Shown here: positions 23,009 through 36,164 of the stretch, in pieces
Layout of the letters: each line of letters starts with the position of its first letter
How positions within the stretch are numbered: the first letter of the stretch is position 1
Assembly: GCA_021432655.1 (NCBI GenBank)
Contig: MU271180.1
Location: forward strand, 232,980-295,769
Direction: 5' to 3'
Length of the DNA: 62,790 nt
DNA from: Atractiella rhizophila
Lineage: Eukaryota
Program-made: the position numbers and the translations under genes
Notes under the pieces: generated by a model
Told to the model about the DNA's origin: nothing
Seen by the model: the letters and a program-made list of their open reading frames with translations, nothing else
Databases searched by the model: none

Positions 23009-23982
23009 GTTGCCTTCGTCTCCATCAGCTGAACGAGGTATAACGTCCACACCAGTGATCCCTCTGAAGAGTTCGACTTTGAACCTGCCTCGTAAGAGAT
23101 CAGTGGCATCCCAAAACAGGGCTTTGCGTTGGTTTTTTCCCATGCGGTTGTTTCCCAATGCACTTGCAGAATTGGAGTCTTGCGACATTGCTTACATTTA
23201 ACTGCATGATGTAAAAATACAGTCTTTCAATTTTATATACATTTCCCTCTTTCAAGTAAGCTCCTCCGTTCGCACACTTCCGCGAATGTTCACCCTCGAT
23301 ACTCATATGGATAATTTGAATGTCGTGCGGCTTAAGTGAGTGAGAAGGGCAGGACACATGCTTTCTCGGAAGGAAAGACGCACTCCTGTCGTAAAGTTAG
23401 CCAACAAGGAAGGGCAGAGGAAGGGCTGATAACAGCGGAAGTCACCACCTACATATCTTGCTTCTGTTTGATCACATTTTGTTCCTGCCTTTCGTTCCGA
23501 CGGTTCATTATCGCAAGAAATGGGTGCCTGAACGAGTCCTCAATCGGTGCGGGCCGCCACACGCGAATAACACCTAGGAGTTTGAGCAATTGTGGAGGGT
23601 CGGAAGCACACCAAACTACTGTGCTCACTGCACTACGATAAGGAGTGGAAGATCCCAAGTTCCCTGGAATCCCAGCGATCAATATTGTTGGCCATTCATT
23701 CAGGATTCGCCCCACGACTGATCGCTTCCACCTTCACGCGATTCGGTGCCCCAAATAGCACACTAGGTGCGAGGTGACGTCCGAGAGCTGTCGTGGGTGC
23801 CGCCATTGGAGCCATATAAAAGGACGATTTGAGCTTGCGTTGCGGCTGGTTCATACTCGTCACTGATTCTGACTGAATACGACTCGGAAGACAAAGCCAG
23901 AATAAGTAAGTCTTCTGCACCATGCCATGATTGATCAAAAGAGAAGAGAGGATCGACCTTTCTCCTGATCCCGATCACAGGA

Positions 23983-24326
23983 ATGAAACTCGCCCTCCCC
24001 GTCGCCTTCCTCTCCCTCTTCGCCTCCATCGCGCTCTCCTCTCCCACTCCGGAACCGATCCTGTCGCCCGAAGAGGCTGCAAGGCTGTTGAATCCTCGTT
24101 CGTGCTGCGGGTGCGATCTTCTCTCTTTCTTTTCTTGGTTGGAGGGATGCCGTATTGACTCCTTTCTGGTGGCGGCAGGGAACTGCCTTACACTTGGTAA
24201 GTCGACTGCACTCGTTCACTTGGTGGAGCTTGAGAAGAGCTGGAGGAGAAGAAGAGTTTGAACTGACTTTTGATGGTCGATGGATGGTGATGGTACAGCT
24301 GCATCGTTGGATCTTGCTGCGGTTAA
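23983..24326 (+). CDS. Small secreted cysteine-rich prepropeptide, 57 aa, copy 2 (exons 23983-24110, 24179-24196, 24299-24326)
   Basis: Protein identical to copy 1; splice sites conserved; four synonymous exon differences. Confidence 0.8.
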
Positions 24327-25353
24327 GCGACGGTGTTTGTTGTGGCTGATGGATTTGGAGGATAGCGAGAGTCGTAAAACTCGTTGTCTACGCCTTGCCT
24401 TCATGGCAGATACACAAAGCACCTAGCTCGTTGTGCTTGTTGACCCAATTTCATCGCGTTTTGCAACATTCATTAAGCGCAGGATGTGTGGATGGATAGA
24501 CTCAGATGGATTGACACGACTGACACGACTGATCGATAGCGTGCCAGGAACAACTTTGACAAACCTGAAAAATCTGATACAAGAGAAATATTCCAGGACC
24601 AGTTCATCCATCGCAATGTCTCGCTTGAATCTTTTGAATTTCTGGAAGGTGAGAGAAAATGCACATAGATTCGTCCTCTCCATTCATAGCATAAACACGC
24701 AACCTGGACATAAGTTATATCAAGCATATCCTCATTACTAGATAGCAGTCACCCTTCACTCAAACCTTCATTCAAAATACTTTCTCAAAAGGACCGCATC
24801 TCATGTCAAAATTATAACATGAAGACGATATACATCTAGCGCCATTTCACCCTCTGCCTGATTTGATTCAGAAAGCGCCTCCAATACTGTCAATTATCAT
24901 CGAAATCATCCTTCATTCACCGTTCTCATCTGAACTGACCAGCGACCTATCCAATATTGAATGCAATAATCCCATTTCCAACTTCATCCCAGGACATGCA
25001 TACCTTGCTTCAAGTTCAACTTTTCTCACATTATGTTGTTTCGATTGGGAGTGGGTATGTTTCGAGAAGACTGAAAGAAGAGCCGCACGGATCTCAGATT
25101 GCTGCCGACGAGTTGCCGGTGGGTAACATCTTCTTCTTGGTCCCCTATCACAACTCTTCTTCCGAGTCTCCTTGCTGCGTCTTAATCGTACGGATTCGAT
25201 TGCTGATCAGCGAAGTGATCGCTCTCACGTAGGCGAAGAGCTAGGCAAGGCAGCCTGTTAGGGAGAGAAGGCTTGGGTAGGTAATCACTCAGTACTATAC
25301 TCCTTCTCAGCGCAAAGGATATCGATAAAGGGTTCTCCATATCTATATCCACA

Positions 25354-27327
25354 ATGGCCAAACCAAAACACCCGCCCACCGAGCTCTCCCTCTTCTGGGA
25401 TCCAGCCTCCCGGCAGCTCTCCTTCTCCCCTCCCTCCTCCTCTCCTCCCTCTCCGCCGTCCTCTCCCCCGCCCACACGGCCCCGCGGCACCTCCACACCG
25501 GTGCACGCCGTCGTCTCCTCTCTCACCCACACCGGGGGCAGTCCGCGGCCTGCTCCGGCCGTGGCACCTTCTTCGGGTCACACGCCTGCGAGTGGAGGAG
25601 GAGGAGGAGGAGCGAGCACGCCAAGTAGGCCGAGGACGGTCGCGCCTCTCCCCTCGAGTGCTTCGAGACCGCGCACCGCTGGCGCTCAAGCTTCGTCGTC
25701 CACCTCCAACCTCACGCGACACGGCGCGTCCGCCTCCACCCCGTCTGCCGTCCTTCCTTCGACCTCTACTGCCACCACCACTCCCGCCACCGCCACTAGC
25801 ACCACCAGCGCCATTATTAGTAGTAATAACAATAATACGAACGCTCAGCCCAACCCTACACTCTCAACGCAGCGTCCCCTCCACCTAGGTAGCGCGCTCG
25901 GTCTCACGCCCACCACCCCAAGCCCAAGCGCAGGAACGGGTCTACACGTCCCTCTCCCCCTCCCTCCCTCCGACCCTTCCCCACAACACCCTTCTCTCGG
26001 GACTGGCGCGTTCGGTGGCAGTCGTGTGTTCGACGGCGCCAGTATGGGCATGGGCATGGGTATGGGAGGGAGTGGATTCGGCCTTTTGGGAGGATTAGGA
26101 GGAGCAGGAGGCGGACTTTCGAGCTATCTTTATGAGCAGGGCTTGCTGAAGGGAGGGATGAGCGATTTGGAGGTTAGAGTGTGGCCGTGGGGGAGGGGAT
26201 ATCGGTTCGTCTTCCTGTTCCTTCACACTCTCTCCTCTAGTTCTCTGTATTTCTTTGGTGCGAAATTGAGAGAGCCTTGTTTTGGGATTGGGGTTGTGTG
26301 GAATGTTGGGTTTGGGGATGTGAGATCGGTTCTGGCGCGTTTGAGCTGGAGAACGAGTTCAGCCACTTGACCCAAAGTTCGAAGAGTGGACTGGGACCGA
26401 ATGGCGCGTCAAAGCGACCTTAGTCAAATGGACATGGAAATGGAAGGCAAAGTAATGAGTGATTTTTCAAAGTGGTTGCCCCGTTCATACCTTTCTGTCT
26501 GCGCGGAGAAGGAAAGCGTGATCGTGGATTGTTGACGCGTCGCGCCGTTTCACCGCGCTGGACCTCAGGTACACAACGCAGTGGGCACAGCGTTGAGTGA
26601 TTCGGGGCAGAGATAGATTTGGATCTGTTCTACTTCGCTGAAAAAGATTTGGATTTATATGGCGTCTTGGAGTAAGCGATGTCCCATAAAGTGCGAGTTG
26701 GATTTGATTCTCGTGAATTTTCACGATGTTCTTTGTGATTTCGCTTCTCGATTTCTTTCGAGAGTCTAAAGCGCTACTGGTGCCCTGTATGTTGTATATG
26801 CGATTATATCTGTCCTTTTCTCATTCTAAATACAGATCACAGGGCTGGCGCGACTCTATGTATCTACTTTGACCTCCAGTGTTCTGTCCGCACAAGTATC
26901 GTGCAGACTCGAGGTCACGAATGTCGTGGCAGTTCACCAGCTTTAAACCTGGTGTCATGATGGATGATATCCCTCTCACTTATGAGGCAGACGTCTGACG
27001 TGAGTATATTTGTGTGAACAGGGTGCATCGTCTTGTGCTTGGACAATCCGAATTCTTCGCGAGCATGCTACAAGGCGGGTGGAGAGAATCAGGAGCGCGC
27101 GGTCGCCAACCAGGATTTCGATCTCGCGCTGACGTGAAAGGCAAAGGCAAAGCGCGGACGCGCTCTCGAGCTTCATCAGTCTCTTCCAACTCTTCAGCCA
27201 CCTCCTCCAAGGCGTCCGTCCATCCCAACGTCCCAGAAGACGACTCGTCCTTCCTCACCCTCCACTTCGAAGGTCCGGCCAGTCATCAAATCACACGCGC
27301 GGCGTTCGAGTACTGTCTCGGACACCT
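25354..27327 (+). CDS. BTB/POZ-domain protein of a conserved fungal family, 5' part, cut by the assembly gap (intron 26205-27021)
   Basis: Spliced YLYEQGLLKGGMSDLEVRVWPWGRGYRVHRLVLGQSEFFASML..ITRAAFEYCLGHL; the remainder is recoverable from the mirror block. Confidence 0.8.
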
Positions 27328-27352
27328 NNNNNNNNNNNNNNNNNNNNNNNNN
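27328..27352. other. Assembly gap, 25 N
   Basis: Run of 25 N. Confidence 1.
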
Positions 27353-28300
27353 TCGTTCCTAAACGTCTTCTTTCTGCTTGTTTTGATTTATTCGTATTGT
27401 TTACTACTTGAAGAGTCTACTGGGGGTACTGTTAACACGTGGAGTCCCTTAGGGTGAAAGGTGGACGTGTTGTAGTCGTAACCTATAAGCCCAGCAGAGT
27501 GAATGGCCGTGGCCGTGGCTCCATAAGAAGTGAAGAGTTCGAACACGAGAAGGTAGGGGTCGAAACACTTTGTCGCTTACTTAGCCCTGGTCTGCGTTTG
27601 ACCCACTCACGGCACGGAGGTAAAGGACAGTCAGCTGTTTCTGTTGTGTCTCTTCTTTCTGGTATGGGTTATTCAAAGACCGTCTACTACTGAGTCTTCT
27701 GTTCTGTCCTATCGTAAAGAAGACAGCTGTGTCCACTTGGTGCTAACGTGTAGCTCTACCTACCTCTAGCAGTGGAGTTTTCGCGAGAGAAGAGGGCTAG
27801 GCCTTAGGTCAGCTGGCTCTCCTACGTTCCGTCGAGCGTGAAGGGCCAGCACTTCGACCGGCGCTAGCAGGGAGAAGCAAAGCCGCTACCTCTATATGGA
27901 TAAGTGAGGCACTCCTGCCTAGTACTTCCCTCTTCCTTCGCATGTGTTCGACTTCAACGAAGTGAGCAAGCTGAACTTCCACTCTGGAACTGTTCGAAGG
28001 CCTCATATGCTTTCAAACCTTCTTTCGAGACAATGAGGAAACGACGAATGTGGTGTCTTGACGTGTCTCTTAGCCATTCCGAGTATGCGTGAGCAAGGAA
28101 GGAAGCTCAATTTGCTTGACACACCAGTTATTTCAACTTGCTAATACCGCCAGCTATTCCTCTTCTATCGCCTGTCGCGGTCGCCCTTCCCTGAGCCCCT
28201 ACTCCATTACGCTGCTCCGACAGTACCGCCTCCTCTCCTTCGCTCTTCAGTCTTTCTGAGCAACAGTAATCATGCGGGTTGAGGTAGCGCTTCGTGTAGT
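27353..28300. other. Reversed-but-not-complemented copy of the BTB gene 3' end (mirror sequence, probable artefact)
   Basis: Reading the + strand backwards gives AYEPYRFSVQF..VYLHRR..TALTQFASGPDSFAVSQSWGWKSTSLRSEEYL..SLRCTIVMGVI* with GT-AG introns; stop at 27416-27414. Confidence 0.85.
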
Positions 28301-28573
28301 ATGGCGTCTCCAACTTATGTGTCCGTGGTACTTCGTGAAGCTTTGCAGAACTGTGGTTCTAGCTATAGGAAGCTTTGGTCGAAAACTTTTTGGTTTTTAG
28401 AGTATGTGAGTTTATAAGCGTCCTACAGGTCACTTAGCTCGTCGCTTACTTAGACTTGCTAACTTTAGAAAACGGTCCTTGTGAAAGTCGGTAGGTCTCT
28501 CTTATAGCGTCCTGTAGAATAATTGCAGGCCTACCGGTCAATATCCGTGTATCTAGCATGTGCTATAAGTTGT

Positions 28574-31500
28574 TATTTGTGCAGTTGACCTGTATTCAAT
28601 ATAGTTCGTATAGGAGTAGTGATCTATCGTCAGTGGGAGGAGTGGAAGTAAGTTTTATGAAAGAGTTTTCCTGGCGTAGAGTGCAGTTTTAATATTGTAC
28701 TTCTGCTATATGTAGATCGCGGTAAAGTGGGAGACGGACTAAACTAAGTCTTTCGCGGAGGTTATGACAGTTAATAGTAGCTTTAGTAGGAAGTAAGTGG
28801 CAAGAGTGGACTTGACTGGTCGCTGGATAGGTTATAACTTACGTTATTAGGGTAAAGGTTGAAGTAGGGTCCTGTACGTATGGAACGAAGTTCAAGTTGA
28901 AAAGAGTGTAATACAACAAAGCTAACCCTCACCCATACAAAGCTCTTCTGACTTTCTTCTCGGCGTGCCTAGAGTCTAACGACGGCTGCTCAACGGCCAC
29001 CCATTGTAGTAGAAGAACCAGGGGATAGTGTTGAGAAGAAGGCTCAGAGGAACGACGCAGAAATTAGCCTGCCTAAGCTAACGACTAGTCGCTTCACTAG
29101 CGAGAGTGCATCTGCTTCTCGATCCGTTCCGTCGGACAATCCCTCTCTTCCGAACCCATCCATTATTGAGTCGTGATATGAGGAAGAGTCGCGTTTCCTA
29201 TAGCTATTTCCCAAGAGGTTTAGATATAGGTGTTACCGGTTTGGTTTTGTGGGCGGGTGGCTCGAGAGGGAGAAGACCCTGGGTCGGAGGGCCGTCGAGA
29301 GGAAGAGGGGAGGGAGGAGGAGAGGAGGGAGAGGCGGCAGGAGAGGGGCGGGTGTGCCGGGGCGCCGTGGAGGTGTGGCCACGTGCGGCAGCATAGGAGA
29401 GAGTGGGTGTGGCCCCCGTCAGGCGCCGGACGAGGCCGGCACCGTGGAAGAAGCCCAGTGTGCGGACGTTCACCTCCTCCTCCTCCTCCTCGCTCGTGCG
29501 GTTCATCCGGCTCCTGCCAGCGCGGAGAGGGGAGCTCACGAAGCTCTGGCGCGTGGCGACCGCGAGTTCGAAGCAGCAGGTGGAGGTTGGAGTGCGCTGT
29601 GCCGCGCAGGCGGAGGTGGGGCAGACGGCAGGAAGGAAGCTGGAGATGACGGTGCTGGTGATGGCGGTGGCGGTGATCGTGGTGGTCGCGGTAATAATCA
29701 TCATTATTGTTATTATGCTTGCGAGTCGGGTTGGGATGTGAGAGTTGCGTCGCAGGGGAGGTGGATCCATCGCGCGAGCCAGAGTGCGGGTGGTGGGGTT
29801 CGGGTTCGCGTCCTTGCCCAGATGTGCAGGGAGAGGGGGAGGGAGGGAGGCTGGGAAGGGGTGTTGTGGGAAGAGAGCCCTGACCGCGCAAGCCACCGTC
29901 AGCACACAAGCTGCCGCGGTCATACCCGTACCCGTACCCATACCCTTCCTCACCTAAGCCGGAGGACCCTCCTAATCCTCCTCGTCCTCCGCCTGAAAGC
30001 TCGATAGAAATACTCGTCCCGAACGACTTCCCTCCCTACTCGCTAGACCTCCAATCTCACACCGGCACCCCCTCCCCTATAGCCAAGCAGCAAGGACAAG
30101 GAAGTGTGAGTGAGGAGATCAAGAGAGATAAAGAAACCACGCTTTAACTCTCTCGGAACAAAACCCTAACCCCAACACACCTTACAACCCAAACCCCTAC
30201 ACTCTAGCCAAGACCGCGCAAACTCGACCTCTTGCTCAAGTCGGTGAACTGGGTTTCAAGCTTCTCACCTGACCCTGGCTTACCGCGCAGTTTCGCTGGA
30301 ATCAGTTTACCTGTACCTTTACCTTCCGTTTCATTACTCACTAAAAAGTTTCACCAACGGGGCAAGTATGGAAAGACAGACGCGCCTCTTCCTTTCGCAC
30401 TAGCACCTAACAACTGCGCAGCGCGGCAAAGTGGCGCGACCTGGAGTCCATGTGTTGCGTCACCCGTGTCGCAACTCACTAAGCCCCGTCTCTATCTAAA
30501 CCTAGACAAGATGAAGCGACTTTTTCTAAACCTAAATATACCGCAGAACCTCATTCGCTACAGGGTATTTCACGCTCAACCTAAACTAAGAGCACTTAAA
30601 AGTGCTACAAGAAAAACTAAAGCGAAGAGCTAAAGAAAGCTCTCAGATTTCGCGATGACCACGGGACATACAACATATACGCTAATATAGACAGGAAAAG
30701 AGTAAGATTTATGTCTAGTGTCCCGACCGCGCTGAGATACATAGATGAAACTGGAGGTCACAAGACAGGCGTGTTCATAGCACGTCTGAGCTCCAGTGCT
30801 TACAGCACCGTCAAGTGGTCGAAAATTTGGACCACAGTACTACCTACTATAGGGAGAGTGAATACTCCGTCTGCAGACTGCACTCATATAAACACACTTG
30901 TCCCACGTAGCAGAACACGAACCCGTTAGGCTTAAGAAGCGCTCGTACGATGTTCCGCCCACCTCTCTTAGTCCTCGCGCGCCAGCGGTTGGTCCTAAAG
31001 CTAGAGCGCGACTGCACTTTCCGTTTCCGTTTCGCGCCTGCGCGAGAGCTCGAAGTAGTCAGAGAAGGTTGAGAAGTCGGTGGAGGAGGTTCCGCAGGCA
31101 GGTAGGGTTGCAGGGTCTTCTGCTGAGCAGGAAGGAGTGGGAGGTGAAGCTTCCAGGCCGGTCAGTAGTTTAGTGTGCGCGCCGCAAGCTCATGACAGAG
31201 CCTGTGGAAATACCAGTAGGAGGGAGCAACAACGAGGGAATAACCCGATCCTGAGTTGGTGAGCGACCTTGTGGCGAACCTGGCCGAAAAGTACGTAACC
31301 GTCTGCAGTCCCTAAGGCTCGTGCTACTCAACGAATGGGACCTGCTTACCCACGTTGGACTGCCTAGTCCAGGAGTAGGGCGCTGAGGAGTCAAGGAGGA
31401 AAAGAGAAGAGCGATGGCGCTGAATGGAGAGCTATGGCGGAGACCAGGTCTCGCACTACCGATACTATGTCTTGTCGTAGTGGGGAAAGTGATAGGAGTG

Positions 31501-32520
31501 AATAGAGTCCAAGAGCGAACCGGTTCCCCAATGTCCGACCAGCCCCTTTTCTTCTTTCTCTTAGTCCTACGGCACCGGAACTTCCTCAGCCATCAACCGA
31601 AGGGTTGTTGCAAGAGCTAGGATGGCGCAGGTAGAGAAGGCCTCGACCGCTAAAGAAAATGCCGGGTTAAGTTCTTTCCCACCCTCTTAGCACGCGCACG
31701 ACCAACCGTTTTACCCCATCGCTGTAGGAAGGCTAGCTTCTCGTCGAAGTTCTAGGCGATAGCGCGGAGTTAGTTCACGCTTGGTGCGCTTTGGAGGTAG
31801 TTATGGAGTGTGTAGGACAGATGCGCGCTACCGTCACAGACTTCGCGGGACTGGAGTCTCAAACCTCCTCGCCTCCCCAAGGGCGATCGACCTAAGCGCC
31901 ATAATAGTCGTCGCTGCGGAAGAAGTACTCATTGGAGCCACGACTGTGAAGGTGTTCGTTGTACCGTCCACCACCGCTTAAGCTAGCTATAAGACATCGT
32001 TTCTCTCACCAGCTGGAAGCAGCCTTTCTATCCGTTAATCCACAGCGCCTTCTAGCAAACCGACTTAGAGAACGCAGCTACCTATACAGGAGTAGATAGC
32101 TACCCCTTTTCAGAGCTCCGTAACTAAGACATCTGCCCTGCCTAAACGAACGTCTGCTTCTACTCCTCGCTCTTAAGTTTCGAGACAAGCGTCTACCCTA
32201 GATAATGAGCGTGAACTGCAAAGAAGTTAACCTCTTTTAGCCGTTTCTGTACACAGGATATTGACCGGTTGGCATGCAATTATTCCTTCAGGACGCCTTC
32301 CGAGATACCTACCGGCTTCTCAAGTTCCGTTTCTAAGGTTAGCGGGGTTTTACGTAAGCGACGAGCTAAGCTGCTACCTGTTGGTCTCTTCCTCCCTCTC
32401 CTACTCAACCCATAAAGCTTTTTAGATCAAAGCTTCCTCTCGCTGGAACCCCTATTTCTGCAAAAGCTTCACCAAGTACCACGGACACCTAAGTTGGAAT
32501 GCCATACACGGAAGGCGCAG
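28574..32520. other. Complemented-but-not-reversed copy of 24691-27327 plus the continuation of the BTB gene (probable artefact)
   Basis: Base-wise complement of 28574-31208 nearly equals 24691-27327 (offset ~3881). Past 31208 the complement reads GHLYGHPPSLLLPYWA..ATPQFLLSLLATATYLSIP..FFYGPIQERVGESCACWLAKWGSDILPIEE..WIRGIISSDAFF. Confidence 0.95.
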
Positions 32521-33215
32521 CCTCGACCGGCATGATTACTATTGCGTCCTTCTTTGTTGCATGTGCATTTGCTAGCAATAGGATTACTAATGACTTTACT
32601 CAGGCTTCTGTTTTCGTCCTCTTTGCAAGTCTGGTCATTCTTCTTATCGTACACTTTCAGCTAGATTTTTGTGGAATCTTCAATTGTACCGTTCCAACCA
32701 ACATGTCGTGCATTTAAGCACGAGTTGTCTGTTATGTTTCTTGAGGCGCATACGAATAACGACTTAGGCTCATTGGCACTGAAATAACTGACCAGACATC
32801 GTCGCAATTCAATTCTCCATCCTGGACGAGGTTGGGCAATATTGTTATCTCATCTATTAGGCTTCTGTCGTACCTTTCTCTCCTGCCACTTTGTGGAGTC
32901 AGTGTGGTTTCCTAAGTGGGACTGAGGGTACACGACGTATTCTAAGTAACCCGTCTAACTTAAGGTGCTTGTGAGGGAATGTTAATGAGGCAGCTTGCGT
33001 GCTGGGCCAAAATTCAAAATAAGACTGTATTTCTGCAAAATGCAATTGAATACAGGCGATGTGTGCAAGGCTGCATGTGCACTCGAAAAGAACCACAGGG
33101 ATGCAAAGTCCTGTTTGGGATGTAGCTGCGCTATTAGCATGGCTAAAGGCCGACCTCTTCAGAGGGATCACTAGTGGACGTTATACCTCGTTCAACTGAT
33201 GGAGACGAAGGCAAC

Positions 33216-35800
33216 TTACAGTTTCCCATTAAATCTCTTCTTTCCCCGCTCCAAAGCTTCCACCATCTTTCCAACAATGTCCTTAACTACTGCTTTTTCG
33301 TCGCATCCATCGGGAAAGAGCGGACGCCAATAAATGCCGTTTACAATATCTTCCGACTGAAGTTGAAGTGGCCGAGTGAGTTCCCACAGTAGACGTGTGA
33401 TGTGATCTTGGTTCCAACGCCCATCGTCGACCAGATGTTCGCTCAGAAGATGGGTAAAAGCTGGTAAATCCGTTGGTTTGTTGAGCAGTAGTAATTTCTC
33501 GCTAAAGGCACTTCTCAGAGTCAACCACGGTCGGAGTGGATAGTCAATGTTCTGCGGAACGGATTCAACGCTGTGAATTGTTGAGGATTGTTCCTTTGCG
33601 GATTTAGCGCTCTGAAGTGTCGAGGATCGATCCTTTGCAGATTTGGCGCTATGAAGCGTTGAGGATCGTTGCTTCGCCGATTTGGCGCTCTGCTGTGCGG
33701 AGGATTGTTCATTCCCCTTGACATTCTGTTCCAGGTTCTTGGAACCACTGAAGGTCCTTCCAGACCCTTCTCCTGTTGGTGTGTCTAGCTTGCGACTCCA
33801 ATCTCGCCTCACGAGCCGTCCTGTAGCGTCCGGATAGAAATTGCAGAAAAAGTAGATACAGCAGTAGATAACTGACTCGATGTCATCCATAAGCGACTGC
33901 TCGTACGAAGCCCCTTTCTTCTTCAACGCCTTCAGTACGCATCGAGACAGGAATAGGAAGGTCCCCTGAATGAAGGGTCAAAGAACAAACATCCAGGGCG
34001 AGGGCAAGCTGCTCACGGAAAGTGGATGTGGCTTTGAAGCATGTTTGCCCCTGTTCTTCTCGCGTCGTATCGATAAGTCGAAATCATTCAGCCACCCGAC
34101 AGCTGGAGCATTCCCGTCATCACTGTTCGTCTGGAACTCGCGAATAAAGATGTTGGCATAGGAAACATCTCGATGGATAAAGTCGTGATCGTTCCACATG
34201 GCTAATTCTGTTAACACGTCAAGGCAAGCCCAAAAACAACAAGAAAGTCCGTACGCGTCAAGACACCTTTGAACGCGTCGAGCACATCGTCAAGACGTTT
34301 AGCTGAAGCAAGAGGGAGGCTGGCCGTAGAGTGGTAGGTGAGGACGGGAATTAGGTCTGTCTCCATGACCTCCGAAACATCGCCGTCATTCCAGAGAGCA
34401 TTTTTGGACAGGATTTTTTATGGTTGAAAGATTAGGCTGAGAAAGAATGAGACGAGGAGCGTGTCGAAGCCATTCCAAATCCGTCGCATCCGCTGGCGAT
34501 CCATCGAGCTTTCGTGGCGGTTGGTCCTTCCAAAGCTCCTCCAAACATTGAACTGCTTTACGTGCACCTCCAACCTTTTCAACACGTCCTCCGTCAGCCA
34601 TACATGCTTAATGACACCATACCCACCTCCTTCCAGCTCGCATATCCAAACCTGCGTTCCTCTGCCGGTAATGGAATATGAACGAAATAGAATTTCCTGG
34701 ACCCAGTTGGGCTTGAACTCGGAACCCTTGCCGACAACATCCCATCCCTTCAAACATCCGTTTAGGTCCAGTTTAAATTTCTGATTGGGGCTTGGGATGA
34801 ATTGGGAAGGAAGGAGCATAGTGGAAGACGGCATGCTGTCAGATGAGGATGTTAGCTCAGCTGAAGGCATGGTGTCGTTGGGTGGCCTGGCGCGCGGGAA
34901 CTTGAGAGGGAAGAGTTTTTGGAGGCGGGCTCCTCAGTTCGAGACCGACTGCCTACCTCCCAGGTGAAGTGCCACGCTGGATCGTGATCAAAGATGTTGA
35001 GAAATCCGATTTGTTCCTCGCTCGCTTTCGCAAACCTTGCGATGGTCTGCGCGACTTCTTTGAAATGGTCCTCGAGGCGTTTTGGTTTTCCCTGAAAGTG
35101 CCCACCACGCATACTATTAACCCAAGAGAAATGTTTATCTCCAGCTGTATCAATTAACAGAGTCCAGACAAAACAGCGAGGTCTCGCCCCGAGAGTGTAG
35201 GCAGCGTTTCGTGCTAATTGGGTGTTCTCGTGCGAACCAGCATTCTCAAGATAGTCTCTGAATTCTAATGCCAGCGATATGTTCGAGTACGCCTTCACAG
35301 GAGGGTCGATCTCATGGTGGACCAAGATTCCGTCCAGCTCTGAAGAATCCTTGGTCGACAGATTCTCTGACAACTGCATTCGTGCACCACCTTGGCAATA
35401 TCTGGACTTTTCCTTGCGCACGACCTGGAGCACCGTGTCTTCATTCATGGCGCTCAATCAACTGTGAATCACTCACACGATACAGCTCGTCCATCCAAGT
35501 TTTAATCCAGTCCTCATCCTTCCAGTCCGCGGCACTATACGTCGTTAGCTCGGGTGGCAGTTCGACCTCAGGTATGTCTATGTTTGGCCGTAGATCCTCC
35601 AACACCACAACGGGTGATTCCAAGTCGAGTTTTTCACCTAGTGGCAGGTTGTGCTGCAATGGTTTGAAGTTTGGTGGTGCCGTTCTTGACTTTGCCTCTT
35701 GTTGACATTTTGACTTTATGTTTTGAATCGAGTCGGGAGTGGCAGGTGGTGGCGGGGATCCTCTCTTCATTGCAGTCTTCTTTGTCTTCCTCTTCGTCAT
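33216..35800 (-). CDS. FunK1-type protein kinase, copy C; several homopolymer frameshifts
   Basis: GRGTQVW, HRDVSYAN, GWLNDFDLS, DDIESVIY; inverted paralog of copy B including its upstream region. Confidence 0.85.
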
Positions 35801-36164
35801 CTAGAGGAGAGATGAGTCAAATGCAGGAGACTGGATGATTAATATTACGATGTGCGCTGTCCCAGTCATTTGACTCGAAACATCGAACACCATGATATCC
35901 TGCCATCAATGAAACGTCACCCTCTTCTCTCCTTTACAGGTTAGCCTCCAGCACGCTCTATTCCTGTGGGAACGACTTTCATCATTCCGTTTTCTGCTGC
36001 CTCAGGGTACAGGCAATTTGCGACATAACTCCACTTCGCGACTCATCAGGTTTAGCATGATGGCGTACTGTTCACACTCGGGACCATCGAGACGGAGGAA
36101 ATGTTGTGATGAACAAACGAGAATGAATGAGACAAAAAGTCACAACACGCATTCCAAACTCATC

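Noticed and set aside
23983..24261. Unspliced 92-aa ORF from the track as the peptide gene product
   Set aside because: Copy 1 has a stop right after CCG when unspliced, whereas the spliced 57-aa product is identical in both copies.
29106..32717. Long GC-rich ORFs (up to 252 aa) on both strands
   Set aside because: They lie in the complemented mirror block and are by-products of the low-complexity BTB exon.
27353..33150. Mirror block as real biology (parallel-strand copying)
   Set aside because: Adjacent to a 25-N gap, garbled edges, indel noise, and it contains exactly the sequence missing from the gap; artefact is far more parsimonious.
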